DNA of 64,000 nucleotides from an uncultured Acidimicrobiaceae bacterium (lineage in GTDB: Bacteria; Actinomycetota; Acidimicrobiia; Acidimicrobiales; RAAP-2): NCBI GenBank assembly GCA_963706305.1, contig OY970152.1, forward strand, positions 1,531,777 to 1,595,776, in the 5' to 3' direction. The position numbers were made by a program, and so were the translations under genes. The notes below the pieces were generated by a model. It was given only the letters and a program-made list of their open reading frames with translations. It had not been told where the DNA came from and did no database searches. Numbering within the stretch: the stretch's first letter is position 1; each line of letters starts with the position of its first letter. Positions 12,199 through 22,207 of the stretch are shown here, piece by piece.

Positions 12199-12210
12199 AC
12201 TTAATTAAGT
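12199..12210. promoter_or_regulatory. Perfect AT-rich palindrome, candidate ROK operator
   Basis: ACTTAATTAAGT directly downstream of the -10 box, in an otherwise GC-rich genome. Confidence 0.6.
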
Positions 12211-12248
12211 AAGTTTCTAATCGCTTAATGCTTCGTCCTAGGGGGAAT

Positions 12249-13595
12249 ATGAGTCGTAAAGAGCCGGACGCTTTGTCCCAACCGGAGCGCTCCCGTGCAG
12301 ATCTCCTGCCAGCGAACGAGGAACGGGAGCCCGCTGTTCGAACCAACCCGCCGCGGGCCTCCCGTTCCCTAATCCGTGACATCAACGTCAGTCTTCTGAT
12401 CGAACTGGTTCGACGTGCCGGTTCGATCTCTCGAGCGGAACTCGCCCGCCAAAGTCAGCTGAGTGCGCCCACAGTGTCAGCCATCGTCGACCACCTCATG
12501 AAGCGCGGCATCGTTGTCGAGACGACCACTGCTCCCTCGAGCGGTGGTCGTCCGCCCGTGCTGTTGAGCGTTGACCCGAAAGCGGGCTACGTGGTGGGCA
12601 TCAAGCTTCGCGGCGACGGGCTCACGACGGTTGTCTGCGACCTCGACGCGCAGGTCGTCTCGAGCGAAGAGCACTACGTGCGTCTCGTGGGCGATCCGAT
12701 CGCTGCCCTTGACGCCATTGAGGAAGCGACTCGGCGCGCGCTGCGCGACGCCGCGGTGCCCGCGTCGAAGGTCCTCGGCGTGGGCATCGGGCTCTCGGGC
12801 ATCATCGATTCGAGCGCCGGGGTGTGTCGGTTCTCGCACCTCCTGCAGTGGCATGACGTTGAGCTTGCTGGGCCTCTGCGTCGACGCATGGGACTGCCCG
12901 TGTGGGTCGAGAACGACGTGAATGCGTTGGCTGTGGCGGAGAAGTGGGCGGGCGACGCACACACTGCGCGTGACTTCGTCACACTGAGTGTTGGTCGTGG
13001 AATCGGTCTTGGCATCGTCGTCGACCGTTCGCTCTATCGAGGAGCGCACGGCGCGGTCGGTGAGTTCGGTCACATGATCGTCGAACCCGGCGGCCCCAAG
13101 TGCGAGTGCGGGCGGTTCGGATGCCTCGAGGCGATGGTCGGAGAAGGAGCCATGCGTCGGCGCATCAGTGAACGAAAAGGACACGACGTATCGCGCGAAG
13201 AGCTCTTGATGCTCGTGGAGCTGGGCGACGCCGCCGCGTTGGACATCGTGGACAATGCCGGACGCAAACTCGGGCTTGCGGTCGCGAACATGGTGACGCT
13301 GCTCAACCCAGAACTGCTCATCATCTGCGGGGAAGGTACGGCGCTGGGTGCCGCGTTCATCGACCCGATTGTGAGCTCAGTGAGAGATCAGACCTTCGCG
13401 GATGTGGGACGTCAGCTTGACATCAAGGTGCAGAGCTGGGGCGACGAAGCCTGGGCCGTGGGCGCGGCGACACTGGTCTTGCGCGAGTCGTTCAATCTGC
13501 CCGGTGCAGATGACAAGAGCCAGGCGATCTGGCACCGATCGGGGTCGTCAACGACGACGGGCTCGAGCGAGTTGAACTTTGTCTACGGGAGCTGA
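12249..13595 (+). CDS. ROK-family transcriptional regulator
   Basis: HTH (ISRAELARQSQLSAPTVSAIV), GGRPP, ENDVNA, GEFGHM, CECGRFGCLE zinc motif; ATG at 12249. Confidence 0.93.
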   Translation: MSRKEPDALSQPERSRADLLPANEEREPAVRTNPPRASRSLIRDINVSLLIELVRRAGSISRAELARQSQLSAPTVSAIVDHLMKRGIVVETTTAPSSGGRPPVLLSVDPKAGYVVGIKLRGDGLTTVVCDLDAQVVSSEEHYVRLVGDPIAALDAIEEATRRALRDAAVPASKVLGVGIGLSGIIDSSAGVCRFSHLLQWHDVELAGPLRRRMGLPVWVENDVNALAVAEKWAGDAHTARDFVTLSVGRGIGLGIVVDRSLYRGAHGAVGEFGHMIVEPGGPKCECGRFGCLEAMVGEGAMRRRISERKGHDVSREELLMLVELGDAAALDIVDNAGRKLGLAVANMVTLLNPELLIICGEGTALGAAFIDPIVSSVRDQTFADVGRQLDIKVQSWGDEAWAVGAATLVLRESFNLPGADDKSQAIWHRSGSSTTTGSSELNFVYGS

Positions 13596-14736
13596 GTTGA
13601 GGAACGGAAACGACGAACACCAAGTGCGACGCAGCGTTGACGCCATCCTGAACAATCAGGACGCCAACGGTGCCATCATCGCGTCGCCGGACTTCGCCCA
13701 GTACGGCTTTTGCTGGCTGCGCGACGCATCCTTTAGCGCCTACGCCCTCGACCTTGCGGGCGAACATGCGGCGTCGACGAACTATCACCTCTGGGTGAAT
13801 CGGGCGGTCACCGGAATCGCCAGCACGATCGACCACGCGATCGCCGCTCGCCTGCAAGGAGACGAGTTGGGCGTCTTGGAGATGCCACCGGCTCGTTTCT
13901 CTCTTGGGGGAACGATCGTCGTCGACGATTGGCCGAACTTTCAGATCGACGGATACGGAACGTGGCTTTGGTCACTTGGTCGCCACCTCGAACTCGCGGG
14001 ATCAACGGACCTTCCCGACGAATATGTCGATTCGGTCGCCCGGGTCGCACGCTACCTCGCCACGTTTTCGTTGAGTCCCTGTTACGACGTGTGGGAGGAG
14101 AACGGCAGTGATCGCCACACCTCAACCCTCGCGTGCGTGTACGGGGGGCTCTCCACCGCAGCGCGCTTACTGAACAACGACGACTACCTCGCTTCTGCGC
14201 TGGAAGTAAAAGAGCACGTCCTCGCGGGTGGCGAGTCAACCGGCTACTACGTGAAGTCGTCGGCCAATAGCGACGTCGACGCGAGCACGCTGTGGCTCAC
14301 TGAGCCCTTTGGCGTTGTGGACGCTGACGACGAGTACTTCGCTGCAACGGTTGCGCTCATCGAGGATCGTCTGACCCTTAACGGTGGCATACGGCGCTAC
14401 CCCACGGACGTCTACTTCGGCAGCGGAGCGTGGCCGGTACTCACCGCATCGATCGGCTGGCACTACGTGGGCATAGGGAATCGTGCGAACGCCGAGCGCT
14501 GTCGTCAATGGATCGCCGACCACTTTGACGGGGAGGCTCGGCTTGCCGAGCAGTATGACGGAGATCTTCGCGACCCTCTTCACTACGAGGAGTGGGTCGC
14601 GCGCTGGGGACGTCCCGCCATCGACTTGACGTGGTCGCACGCCATGTATGTGGTGCTGTGTCTCGCCCTCGAGGGCGAGATGTCGAGTGGCGACCCCGCA
14701 TCAATTGGCCGCGAACGAGACGCGAGATCCAGATGA
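13579..14736 (+). CDS. Glycoside hydrolase family 15 (compact, no signal peptide; isomaltose glucohydrolase-like)
   Basis: FCWLRDASF, FQIDGYGTWLW, YDVWEE (catalytic acid region), LAEQ, LTWSHAMY; start may be TTG 13597. Confidence 0.85.
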   Translation: MSTGAELRNGNDEHQVRRSVDAILNNQDANGAIIASPDFAQYGFCWLRDASFSAYALDLAGEHAASTNYHLWVNRAVTGIASTIDHAIAARLQGDELGVLEMPPARFSLGGTIVVDDWPNFQIDGYGTWLWSLGRHLELAGSTDLPDEYVDSVARVARYLATFSLSPCYDVWEENGSDRHTSTLACVYGGLSTAARLLNNDDYLASALEVKEHVLAGGESTGYYVKSSANSDVDASTLWLTEPFGVVDADDEYFAATVALIEDRLTLNGGIRRYPTDVYFGSGAWPVLTASIGWHYVGIGNRANAERCRQWIADHFDGEARLAEQYDGDLRDPLHYEEWVARWGRPAIDLTWSHAMYVVLCLALEGEMSSGDPASIGRERDARSR

Positions 14737-14886
14737 ACCGAAGTCGCCAACGCAATGCACGGTGGCTCGAGCTTTTGTTGCCGGGTAAGGGGGGAAGGAG
14801 CACACGAGGGCTGATCGGCCCAAGCAGTGAGAACAACGTGAGGTAGGGCCGCGTGGCCCAATGAAGATAGAAAGTGATGCATCAAC

Positions 14887-16191
14887 ATGAAAATGAACAC
14901 ATTTATAAGAGGAAGGACCTCGAAGCCGATTCGACTCTTTGTCGCCTTCGCTGCGGTGGCCTTCGGCGGTTCGATGATCGCGATTACCGGAGCGTCGTCA
15001 GCGCCAACACCGAAGGCTCATTCGGTGGTAACGCTGCAGTACTGGAACACGTATGACCAGGCCGACGGTGAAGGAAGGACGATGGAGAACATCATCATTC
15101 CCCGGTTCGAAAAGCTGAATCCGGGCATCAAGGTGAAGTCGACGTACGTGGTCTACGCGGATTTGCTGCCGAAGTTCATCGCGACGTCAGCAGCTGGTGA
15201 CCCGCCGGACGTTTTACGTTCGGACATTGCCTGGGTGGCGGAACTCGCTCAGCAGGGTCTCGCGGTCAACGTGGGCAAGCTGAAGGGGTATGCGGCGATC
15301 AAAGCGGAGTCTCTACCGGGACCTCTCGCGACAACCGAGGTGAATGGCAAGTATTGGGCATTCGTCTGTGACACGAACACCCAAGCGCTCTACTGGAATA
15401 AGGCGCTCTTCGCCGCAGCGGGACTCTCTGGGCCCCCGACGACATTGGACCAACTGTACGCGGACGCCGCGACACTGACGGTGCCGTCCAAGCAGCAGTA
15501 CGGTTTGGGCGTTGACGGAACGGACATCTGGAACATGGCGCCGTACATTTGGAGCATGGGCGGATCATTTACCAACGCCAACTACACGACGGCATCTGGC
15601 TACATGGACAGCCCAGCGACGATCACCGCAGTGCAGACGTTAGTGAACTTGCTGAAGGCCGGTGACATCGGCAGCGACTTCCAAGGTGGTGCGAGTGCCG
15701 TCTCCGGTGAGACTGGATTCCCCAAGAACGAGTACGCCATGTACATCGATGGCCCGTGGGCAGTTCCCACCTATAACGGAGAGAGCTTCAGCGGCTACGG
15801 CATCGCGCCGTTCCCGAGCGGCTCGGGCGGTTCAGTGTCGACGGTCGGTGGCGAGGACAACATGGTCGCCGCAGACGGCCACCACATCGCCGACGCCGAG
15901 AAGTTCGCCGAGTTCCTCGACTCGCCGTTCGCTCAAGACGAGATGGCCCGACAGGGTGACATGTCGGCCATTACGAATGACGCGGCCGTCGAAGTGAAGA
16001 ACACGCCGTACTACAGCGTGTTTACCAAGCAGCTCCTCACGGCGAGGATCCGCGCGAACAGCGCGGGCTACTCACAGCTGGACACGGATTGGTCCAACGA
16101 GATGGGCCAGATCCTGGCTGGTGACGTCACGGTTACGGCTGGTCTCACGACGGCCGCACAAGAAGCTGATACCGCCCTCGCGGGCAGTTAG
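14887..16191 (+). CDS. Sugar ABC transporter substrate-binding protein
   Basis: N-terminal hydrophobic signal, TLQYWNT, PPDVLRSD, ALYWNKALF, MYIDGPW; followed by two permeases. Confidence 0.92.
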   Translation: MKMNTFIRGRTSKPIRLFVAFAAVAFGGSMIAITGASSAPTPKAHSVVTLQYWNTYDQADGEGRTMENIIIPRFEKLNPGIKVKSTYVVYADLLPKFIATSAAGDPPDVLRSDIAWVAELAQQGLAVNVGKLKGYAAIKAESLPGPLATTEVNGKYWAFVCDTNTQALYWNKALFAAAGLSGPPTTLDQLYADAATLTVPSKQQYGLGVDGTDIWNMAPYIWSMGGSFTNANYTTASGYMDSPATITAVQTLVNLLKAGDIGSDFQGGASAVSGETGFPKNEYAMYIDGPWAVPTYNGESFSGYGIAPFPSGSGGSVSTVGGEDNMVAADGHHIADAEKFAEFLDSPFAQDEMARQGDMSAITNDAAVEVKNTPYYSVFTKQLLTARIRANSAGYSQLDTDWSNEMGQILAGDVTVTAGLTTAAQEADTALAGS

Positions 16192-16198
16192 GTAGTTA

Positions 16199-17143
16199 AT
16201 GGACAAAGAGTCAACCGATCTCCTACAGCGCCCGGCGGCAACTCCGCCGGGCGCTGTAGTGAGGCACCACTACCGAGCGCGGCGGCTACTCACGCCGTAT
16301 CTGTTGCTGCTGCCGGCTGCGTTCCTCTACGTCCTCTTCATCGTCTATCCGATTTTTAAACAGTTCGATATCAGCTTTTACAACTGGCATATCCTTCCCG
16401 GAGCGACCAATCCGTTTGTCGGATGGTCGAACTACGCCAGGATCTTCCATGATCCTGAGCTCAAGACAGCGGCGATCAACACGCTGCTGTTTGCTGTCAT
16501 CACCGTGCCCATTCAGATGGCGCTCGGTCTCTTCGCGGCCGCGCTCGTGACTGATCGAATGCCCGCGCGCGGACTCTGGCGAGCTTTGATCTTCATTCCC
16601 GTCGTGAACTCGTGGGTCGTGGTGAGCTACGTGTTCGCCTACATCTTCGCTGACCAAGGAGGCGTCGCCAACGCCATACTCTCCATCTTCGTCGGCCATA
16701 CCGTCCACGTCGACTGGCTCGCCAATACGTGGACCGGCAACGCGGTCATCTGGATCATGAGCATCTGGAAGGGGATCGGCTGGTCGTTCATCATGTACTT
16801 GGCCGCTCTCGATGGCGTGCCGCGCGACCTCCTCGAGTCAAGTCGTGTCGACGGCGCTACCGAACGAAGGGTCTGGAGATACGTAGTGTTCCCCAGCATT
16901 CGTCCGACCACCACGTTCGTGACGGTGCTGCTCGTCATCGGCGCAAGCCAAGTCTTCACGCAGGTGTACGTCACCACGGGCGGCGGACCATTCGACTCGA
17001 CGGGCGTCATGCTCACCAACGCCTATCAAGATGCCTTCTCGTTCTTCTATTTCGGATACGCCGCCGCCATTGCGTCGCTGATGGCCGTCATCATTCTCGG
17101 CCTCAGCATTTGGTACATACGTCTGATGCGGAGACGACCATGA
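16199..17143 (+). CDS. Carbohydrate ABC permease (MalF/UgpA type)
   Basis: EAA motif LLESSRVDGATERRVWRYVVFP; TTGGGP. Confidence 0.92.
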   Translation: MDKESTDLLQRPAATPPGAVVRHHYRARRLLTPYLLLLPAAFLYVLFIVYPIFKQFDISFYNWHILPGATNPFVGWSNYARIFHDPELKTAAINTLLFAVITVPIQMALGLFAAALVTDRMPARGLWRALIFIPVVNSWVVVSYVFAYIFADQGGVANAILSIFVGHTVHVDWLANTWTGNAVIWIMSIWKGIGWSFIMYLAALDGVPRDLLESSRVDGATERRVWRYVVFPSIRPTTTFVTVLLVIGASQVFTQVYVTTGGGPFDSTGVMLTNAYQDAFSFFYFGYAAAIASLMAVIILGLSIWYIRLMRRRP

Positions 17144-18057
17144 GTGTTGTCACGCTGAAAGATGCTCGAAACGACACCAAAGACCGGCGACTAACCGAGC
17201 GTCGCTCAAAACCGGCTGCGGCCCCAGGTCTCTTTGGCGTGCGATCGTGGAAGAAATCACGCATGGCCCTGGCGATCCTCTTCGGTCTGGCGGCGATCTT
17301 CCCCTTGGTCTACATGGTGTCGCTCTCGTTCCAGCCGACGAGTGACATCCTCACCTCCAATGCGGTGCTCTTTCCCTCGCATCCCACGACGGCGAACTAC
17401 ACCGTGGCCTGGACCCAGAACGGCTTTAGTTCGTACTTCCTCAACAGCCTCATTGTTGCGATCGGTACTGTCGCCATCACCGTCGTCGTCGCGTCGCTCG
17501 CCGCCTTCGCCTTCGCTCGCTACACCTTTCCGTTCAAGGAGGTGGTCTTTTACGTCTTCCTCGCCGCCCTCGCCGTGCCGAGTGTCGAGCTGATCATTCC
17601 CCAGTACCTGCTCATGCTGCGCCTCCACCTCGTGAACTCGCTGTTCGGACTGGTGCTGATCTACGCGAGCGAGAACCTACCATTTTCGATTTTCCTCCTG
17701 CGAGGGTTTTTCGAAGCCGTGCCGAAGGACCTCGAAGAGTCGTTTCGCCTCGACGGCGCGAGCACGCTGCGCGTCCTCACTCGTCTGATCGCGCCGCTTT
17801 CGGCTCCCGCTCTCGCGGTCGTGGCGATGTTCACGTTCAACTTCGCGTGGGAGGAGTTCATCGTTGCACTGACGTTGCTGAACAGTCAGTCGCACTACAC
17901 GCTGCCGATCGCACTGACGTTCTTCATCACAGCGCACCAGACAGACTGGGGACCGCTCTTTGCCGCCTGCACGATCGCGACGATCCCGAGTGTGATTGTC
18001 TACTTCATCTCTCAACGTTGGTTCCAACGCGGCGTTTCGCTCGGAGGAATACGTTGA
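17140..18057 (+). CDS. Carbohydrate ABC permease (MalG/UgpE type)
   Basis: EAA motif LEESFRLDGAS; AWEEF; ATG at 17140 overlaps the upstream TGA. Confidence 0.92.
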   Translation: MSVVTLKDARNDTKDRRLTERRSKPAAAPGLFGVRSWKKSRMALAILFGLAAIFPLVYMVSLSFQPTSDILTSNAVLFPSHPTTANYTVAWTQNGFSSYFLNSLIVAIGTVAITVVVASLAAFAFARYTFPFKEVVFYVFLAALAVPSVELIIPQYLLMLRLHLVNSLFGLVLIYASENLPFSIFLLRGFFEAVPKDLEESFRLDGASTLRVLTRLIAPLSAPALAVVAMFTFNFAWEEFIVALTLLNSQSHYTLPIALTFFITAHQTDWGPLFAACTIATIPSVIVYFISQRWFQRGVSLGGIR

Positions 18058-19652
18058 TCGCCTCTCGTACGTTGAGCGATCTTCGAAGCGCTTATCTTCT
18101 CAATGAGTCGATCGTTGTTGCCGACCTGCCGGACGACACGAGGGATGTCGTCGCGCTGAGTGCGATTGGCGAGGTCTATGGCGCGACCCTTGGTCCCGAG
18201 TCGGCCACCGTCTCGGGTCTTCCCGAGGGCACACACGTCCTTCAAGCACTCTCTTCGAGCGGGAGTGTCCTCGCCGAAGAGTTCTTCACCGTGCGCGGAC
18301 GTCGTGGCGAGGATCCGGTGCCTGGCTTCGTCACGAGCTTCGACGAGGCCTCACGCGACGACGTACTGGCGTGGCTGCGCGACCTTCGCTGTACCGTCGT
18401 CCAGGTCTACGACTGGATGGACAGCTACTCGACGGCGCTCGCCGAATCCGACGACTACGAGGATCCGCTCGGGCGGCCGATCTCTCGAGGTGCGTTGGAG
18501 AGTTTGATTAAAGGCATTAAGGAGTTGGGCGCCGTCGCCCAGGCCTACGCGCCAGTGATCGCGGCTGGTGACGATCTCGCGGGCGAGCACCCCGACTGGC
18601 GTCTCTATCGAAGCGACGGGGCGCCCGAATCCCTGGGCGACCTGTTGCAGATCATGAATCCCGGCAACGGCGAGTGGCAGGCGTACTGGATCGAGAACTA
18701 CGGAGGAGCCGCCGACGCGCTCGGTTTCGATGGATTTCATCTTGACACGTACGGCTACCCTCGCGACGCGATGAACGTCGCTGGGGAGTGGGTCGATGTC
18801 GCTGGTGGCTACGGTACCTTCGTCGACGTCGTTCGCCGAGTTCGACACTCCGACGTGCTGAGTTTCAACCAAGTGAACGGCGTGCCGCGAGGTTTCCCGG
18901 CGCCCGAGCCGCCGAGCTTTCGCTACGTGGAGGTCTGGCCTCCGAATGATCGATGGCGCCATCTCGAAGGACTGCTCGAGCGCAGCGGCAACAAGGAGCG
19001 TCAAGGTGAGACGCTCGCGCTCTATCCGCCGGTCTGGGGCGCAGGTCGTGATCTTGCGCTTCGCACGTGCGTGCTGAGCGAGGCGGTCTCGACGGCACTC
19101 GGGGCCAACGTTTTGATCTGGGGCGACAACGACGGCGTGCTGTGCCATCCCTACTACGTCAATCACGAGACGTTGACGAGACATGAGCGCGAGGTGGCGC
19201 TCCGCTGGCACCGTTTCGGGTTGCGCTGTCGCGACCTCTTTCGCGCGGCGACCGACACCAGTTGGTACGAGCTGAGCGACGAGAACGCCTCGATGAAGGT
19301 GTCGTGGGCGGGAGAGACGCGGCCCGAGCCTGCTGGCGGTTCGTTATTCGCTCGGGCCTTTCGAGATGAGCACCTCATCGTGGTGAGCCTGCTCGACCTG
19401 ACGGGCAGCGAAGACGGCTCCTGGTCGTCCGGAACGCGAAGAGGGACCTGCACGAGCGCCGATGTCGAAGTGCTAATCGATGCGCCCGAGTCGTGGTCGG
19501 TCGACGTGTCGGTCCTCGGTCGCGATGAGGGGCGCTTCGCGCCCAGCGAATACGTTGAAGCGACCATGCGCGAGGGCACTGGCATTCGCGTGTCGGTCCC
19601 CATCGACGAAGGATGGTCAGTGCTGCGCCTGACGCCGAAGACGCCGTCGTGA
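18054..19652 (+). CDS. Glycoside hydrolase family 66 (dextranase / cycloisomaltooligosaccharide-active), cytoplasmic
   Basis: VVQVYDWM, IMNPGNGEWQAY, GFDGFHLDTYG (nucleophile Asp region), RYVEVWP (acid/base Glu region); TTG start with GGAGGA RBS; no signal peptide. Confidence 0.8.
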   Translation: MIASRTLSDLRSAYLLNESIVVADLPDDTRDVVALSAIGEVYGATLGPESATVSGLPEGTHVLQALSSSGSVLAEEFFTVRGRRGEDPVPGFVTSFDEASRDDVLAWLRDLRCTVVQVYDWMDSYSTALAESDDYEDPLGRPISRGALESLIKGIKELGAVAQAYAPVIAAGDDLAGEHPDWRLYRSDGAPESLGDLLQIMNPGNGEWQAYWIENYGGAADALGFDGFHLDTYGYPRDAMNVAGEWVDVAGGYGTFVDVVRRVRHSDVLSFNQVNGVPRGFPAPEPPSFRYVEVWPPNDRWRHLEGLLERSGNKERQGETLALYPPVWGAGRDLALRTCVLSEAVSTALGANVLIWGDNDGVLCHPYYVNHETLTRHEREVALRWHRFGLRCRDLFRAATDTSWYELSDENASMKVSWAGETRPEPAGGSLFARAFRDEHLIVVSLLDLTGSEDGSWSSGTRRGTCTSADVEVLIDAPESWSVDVSVLGRDEGRFAPSEYVEATMREGTGIRVSVPIDEGWSVLRLTPKTPS

Positions 19653-19716
19653 GATCCGCAGAAGTGCGAGCAGCGAAGGAACAATCGCTCGGTGTCCCCG
19701 AGTGGAGAGGCAACAC

Positions 19717-20892
19717 ATGACATCGGTACGACTCGACAGCGTCTCCAAGATCTATCCCAACGGGTTCGAGGCCGTGTTCGACCTGGACCTCACGATCGAA
19801 GACGGCGAGCTGATGGTTGTGGTTGGGCCATCAGGCTGCGGCAAGACCACGGTGCTGCGCATGATCGCGGGTCTTGAAGACATCACCTCGGGCACCGTCA
19901 GCTTTGGTGATCGCGTCATGAACGAAGTACCGCCGAAGGACCGCGACGTCGCCATGGTCTTTCAGAGCTACGCGCTCTACCCACAGATGACGGTTGCTCA
20001 AAATATTGGCTTCGCGCTCAAGATGAAAAAGATGCCCAAGGAAGAGATTGATCGTCGCGTACGCGACGCGGCGGCGGTGCTTGGGCTCACCAACTGGCTA
20101 AATCGCAAGCCGACGCAGCTCTCGGGAGGCCAGCGTCAGCGCGTCGCGATGGGGCGCGCGATCGTTCGAAGCCCGAGCGTCTTCTTGATGGACGAGCCAC
20201 TGTCGAACCTCGATGCCAAGCTCCGAGTGCAGCTTCGCGCGGAGATCGGCCGTGTGCAACAGCAGATCGGCGTGGCCACGCTGTACGTCACGCACGACCA
20301 GACCGAGGCCATGACGCTGGGGCATCGTGTTGCGGTATTGCGCGACGGCGTGTTGCAGCAAGTCGATTCACCCGAAGTCTTGTATCAACGGCCGCGCAAC
20401 ATCTTCGTCGCGGGATTCATCGGATCGCCGGCGATGAACCTGCTCGAGGGGACGCTGTCGCCCGAAGTCGACGCCGTTGCTCTCGGAAGCCAGCGGATCA
20501 TGCTGCCGAGCGACGTGGTGAGCCAGCATCCGGGGCTCAAGAATTTTGCGGGTAAATCCATCGTCGTGGGCATCCGTCCGGAGGACCTCCCGGCCGCCGA
20601 AGGTGACAGGGACGGACAGATTCTTACCGGCGACGTCCACTTGGTCGAGGCGCTTGGGGCAGAAAAGCTCGTGCACTTTCGATTTGACGCCCCCATTGTT
20701 CAGCTCGAGGATACGTCAGTCACCGAAGAGGGCGACGAAATCCTCGTGAGCAACCAGTCGGCCATCTCCGAGTGCGTCGCGCGCATACAGCCACAGTTTC
20801 ACGTAAGCGCGGGCCAGCGTTTCAGCTTTCGGGTCTCACCCGAGAAGCTCGAATTCTTCGACGTCGAGACGGGCATCTCGATCTGGGAGTAG
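19717..20892 (+). CDS. Sugar ABC ATP-binding protein (MsmK/UgpC type)
   Basis: GPSGCGKT, VFQSYALYP, LSGGQRQRVAMGRA, DEPLSNLDAKLR, TOBE-like C-terminus. Confidence 0.95.
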   Translation: MTSVRLDSVSKIYPNGFEAVFDLDLTIEDGELMVVVGPSGCGKTTVLRMIAGLEDITSGTVSFGDRVMNEVPPKDRDVAMVFQSYALYPQMTVAQNIGFALKMKKMPKEEIDRRVRDAAAVLGLTNWLNRKPTQLSGGQRQRVAMGRAIVRSPSVFLMDEPLSNLDAKLRVQLRAEIGRVQQQIGVATLYVTHDQTEAMTLGHRVAVLRDGVLQQVDSPEVLYQRPRNIFVAGFIGSPAMNLLEGTLSPEVDAVALGSQRIMLPSDVVSQHPGLKNFAGKSIVVGIRPEDLPAAEGDRDGQILTGDVHLVEALGAEKLVHFRFDAPIVQLEDTSVTEEGDEILVSNQSAISECVARIQPQFHVSAGQRFSFRVSPEKLEFFDVETGISIWE

Positions 20893-20953
20893 TTGCTCGA
20901 CGCGGAAGCACGTTCGACCAACCAGTCGTTGGCGCGATCGTCCGCTCTGTGGG

Positions 20954-22162
20954 TTAGCGGGGGTCTGAATTGGTGGGCACGACAACAGGGAGGAATCGAA
21001 GTGCGCTCAGAAAGACCGCGAGGTCGAGTACGGCGTAGCCCGCGAGCGTGAACGGCACCACGCGCACGCCGAAGTGTGAGACGAGAAGGCTCACCAATCC
21101 TGGGCCCGCCACGCCACCGATCATCATGACAAAGATGAGCAGCGACAGTCCGTCGCTGTCATGAGGGAGCAGCTTTGTGTACCAGATGAGTCCCATCGGA
21201 AAGATCGACGCGATGATGAGGCCTAGCAAGGGATACGCGATGGGAGCGACCGGATCGATCGCGGCAAGCGCGCAGAGGGCGATTGCGGCAACCAGCCCGC
21301 CAAGCACCAGCTTCTTGTCCGACAGCCAGTGGTACAGCGGACCCCCAGCGAGTCGCCCGGCGGCGAGACCGCACCAGAAACCTGCGGTGACGAGACTCCC
21401 GATCGACTGGGAGTAGCCCACTCCATGGAGGTCGGTCGCCATCCAGCCCGACGCGGTCGTTTCGATCGCGACGTAGAGCACGTAGGCGATGACGAAGGTG
21501 AGGAGAATCGGCCGCCGTTGTGCCTTCATTTTGGTGATCTCTTGCTGCATCTCTTCGGTGTAAAGCGGCGGTGCGTGGACGCCCCTGTTCGTCGTCGAGA
21601 GCACGACACCAAGTACGCAGAGACCTCCAAAGAGTGTCGTGAAGTGCGCTGGTCCAAGTCCGATGATCACGAGAGGGCAGATGACGGCTCCGACCCCGTA
21701 CCCGGCGTTTCCAATGCTGAGTCGGTGTGCGCGACCCGTGAGGGGCGTGCGGGCGAGCAGTGTGTTGAGCGCGATGTCGAGCGTGCCGAAACCGAGACCG
21801 ATGACGAAGATGCTCGCGAGAAATAGAGACCAGGAGTGCGAGAACGTCGCTCCCGCGGCGCCAACAGCTATCGCTACCAATGCGAGGGTGAGGACGCGAC
21901 GACCCTCCAGTCGCTTGAGTCCGAGCCAACCCGGCAAGACACCAACGGTGGCCCCTATGAAGTAGACGCTGAGCGCGGCTCCCGCCTCCGGCAGCGAAAT
22001 ATGAAAGTGGTGCGTGAAGCTCTCGAGCAGTGGTCCAAAGAGCGACGTCACTGCGCCCATCAGAATGAACGCGCCCGTCGTACTTGCGAACGCGAAAGGG
22101 GTAATCGAGACCTCAGTTGCCGGAGCGCTGGAAGGGGGAAGAGGTTCGAGGTCCACGGGCAA
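20954..22162 (-). CDS. MFS sugar transporter (FucP/NagP-like)
   Basis: About 12 hydrophobic segments, GLGFGTLDIALN, YVAIETTASGW; co-oriented downstream of the Opp genes. Confidence 0.8.
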   Translation of the reverse strand: MPVDLEPLPPSSAPATEVSITPFAFASTTGAFILMGAVTSLFGPLLESFTHHFHISLPEAGAALSVYFIGATVGVLPGWLGLKRLEGRRVLTLALVAIAVGAAGATFSHSWSLFLASIFVIGLGFGTLDIALNTLLARTPLTGRAHRLSIGNAGYGVGAVICPLVIIGLGPAHFTTLFGGLCVLGVVLSTTNRGVHAPPLYTEEMQQEITKMKAQRRPILLTFVIAYVLYVAIETTASGWMATDLHGVGYSQSIGSLVTAGFWCGLAAGRLAGGPLYHWLSDKKLVLGGLVAAIALCALAAIDPVAPIAYPLLGLIIASIFPMGLIWYTKLLPHDSDGLSLLIFVMMIGGVAGPGLVSLLVSHFGVRVVPFTLAGYAVLDLAVFLSALRFLPVVVPTNSDPR

Positions 22163-22207
22163 GCAATCTTACGGGCCGCGATTTACATCGCTGTTCCGAA
22201 TGCGCGC

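Noticed and set aside
16729-17139. N-terminal 137 aa of the 442-aa permease ORF
   Set aside because: Overlaps the upstream permease out of frame; the real start is ATG 17140.
17847-18053. N-terminal extension of the GH66 ORF
   Set aside because: Overlaps the permease; TTG 18054 has a good RBS and a standard 4-nt overlap.
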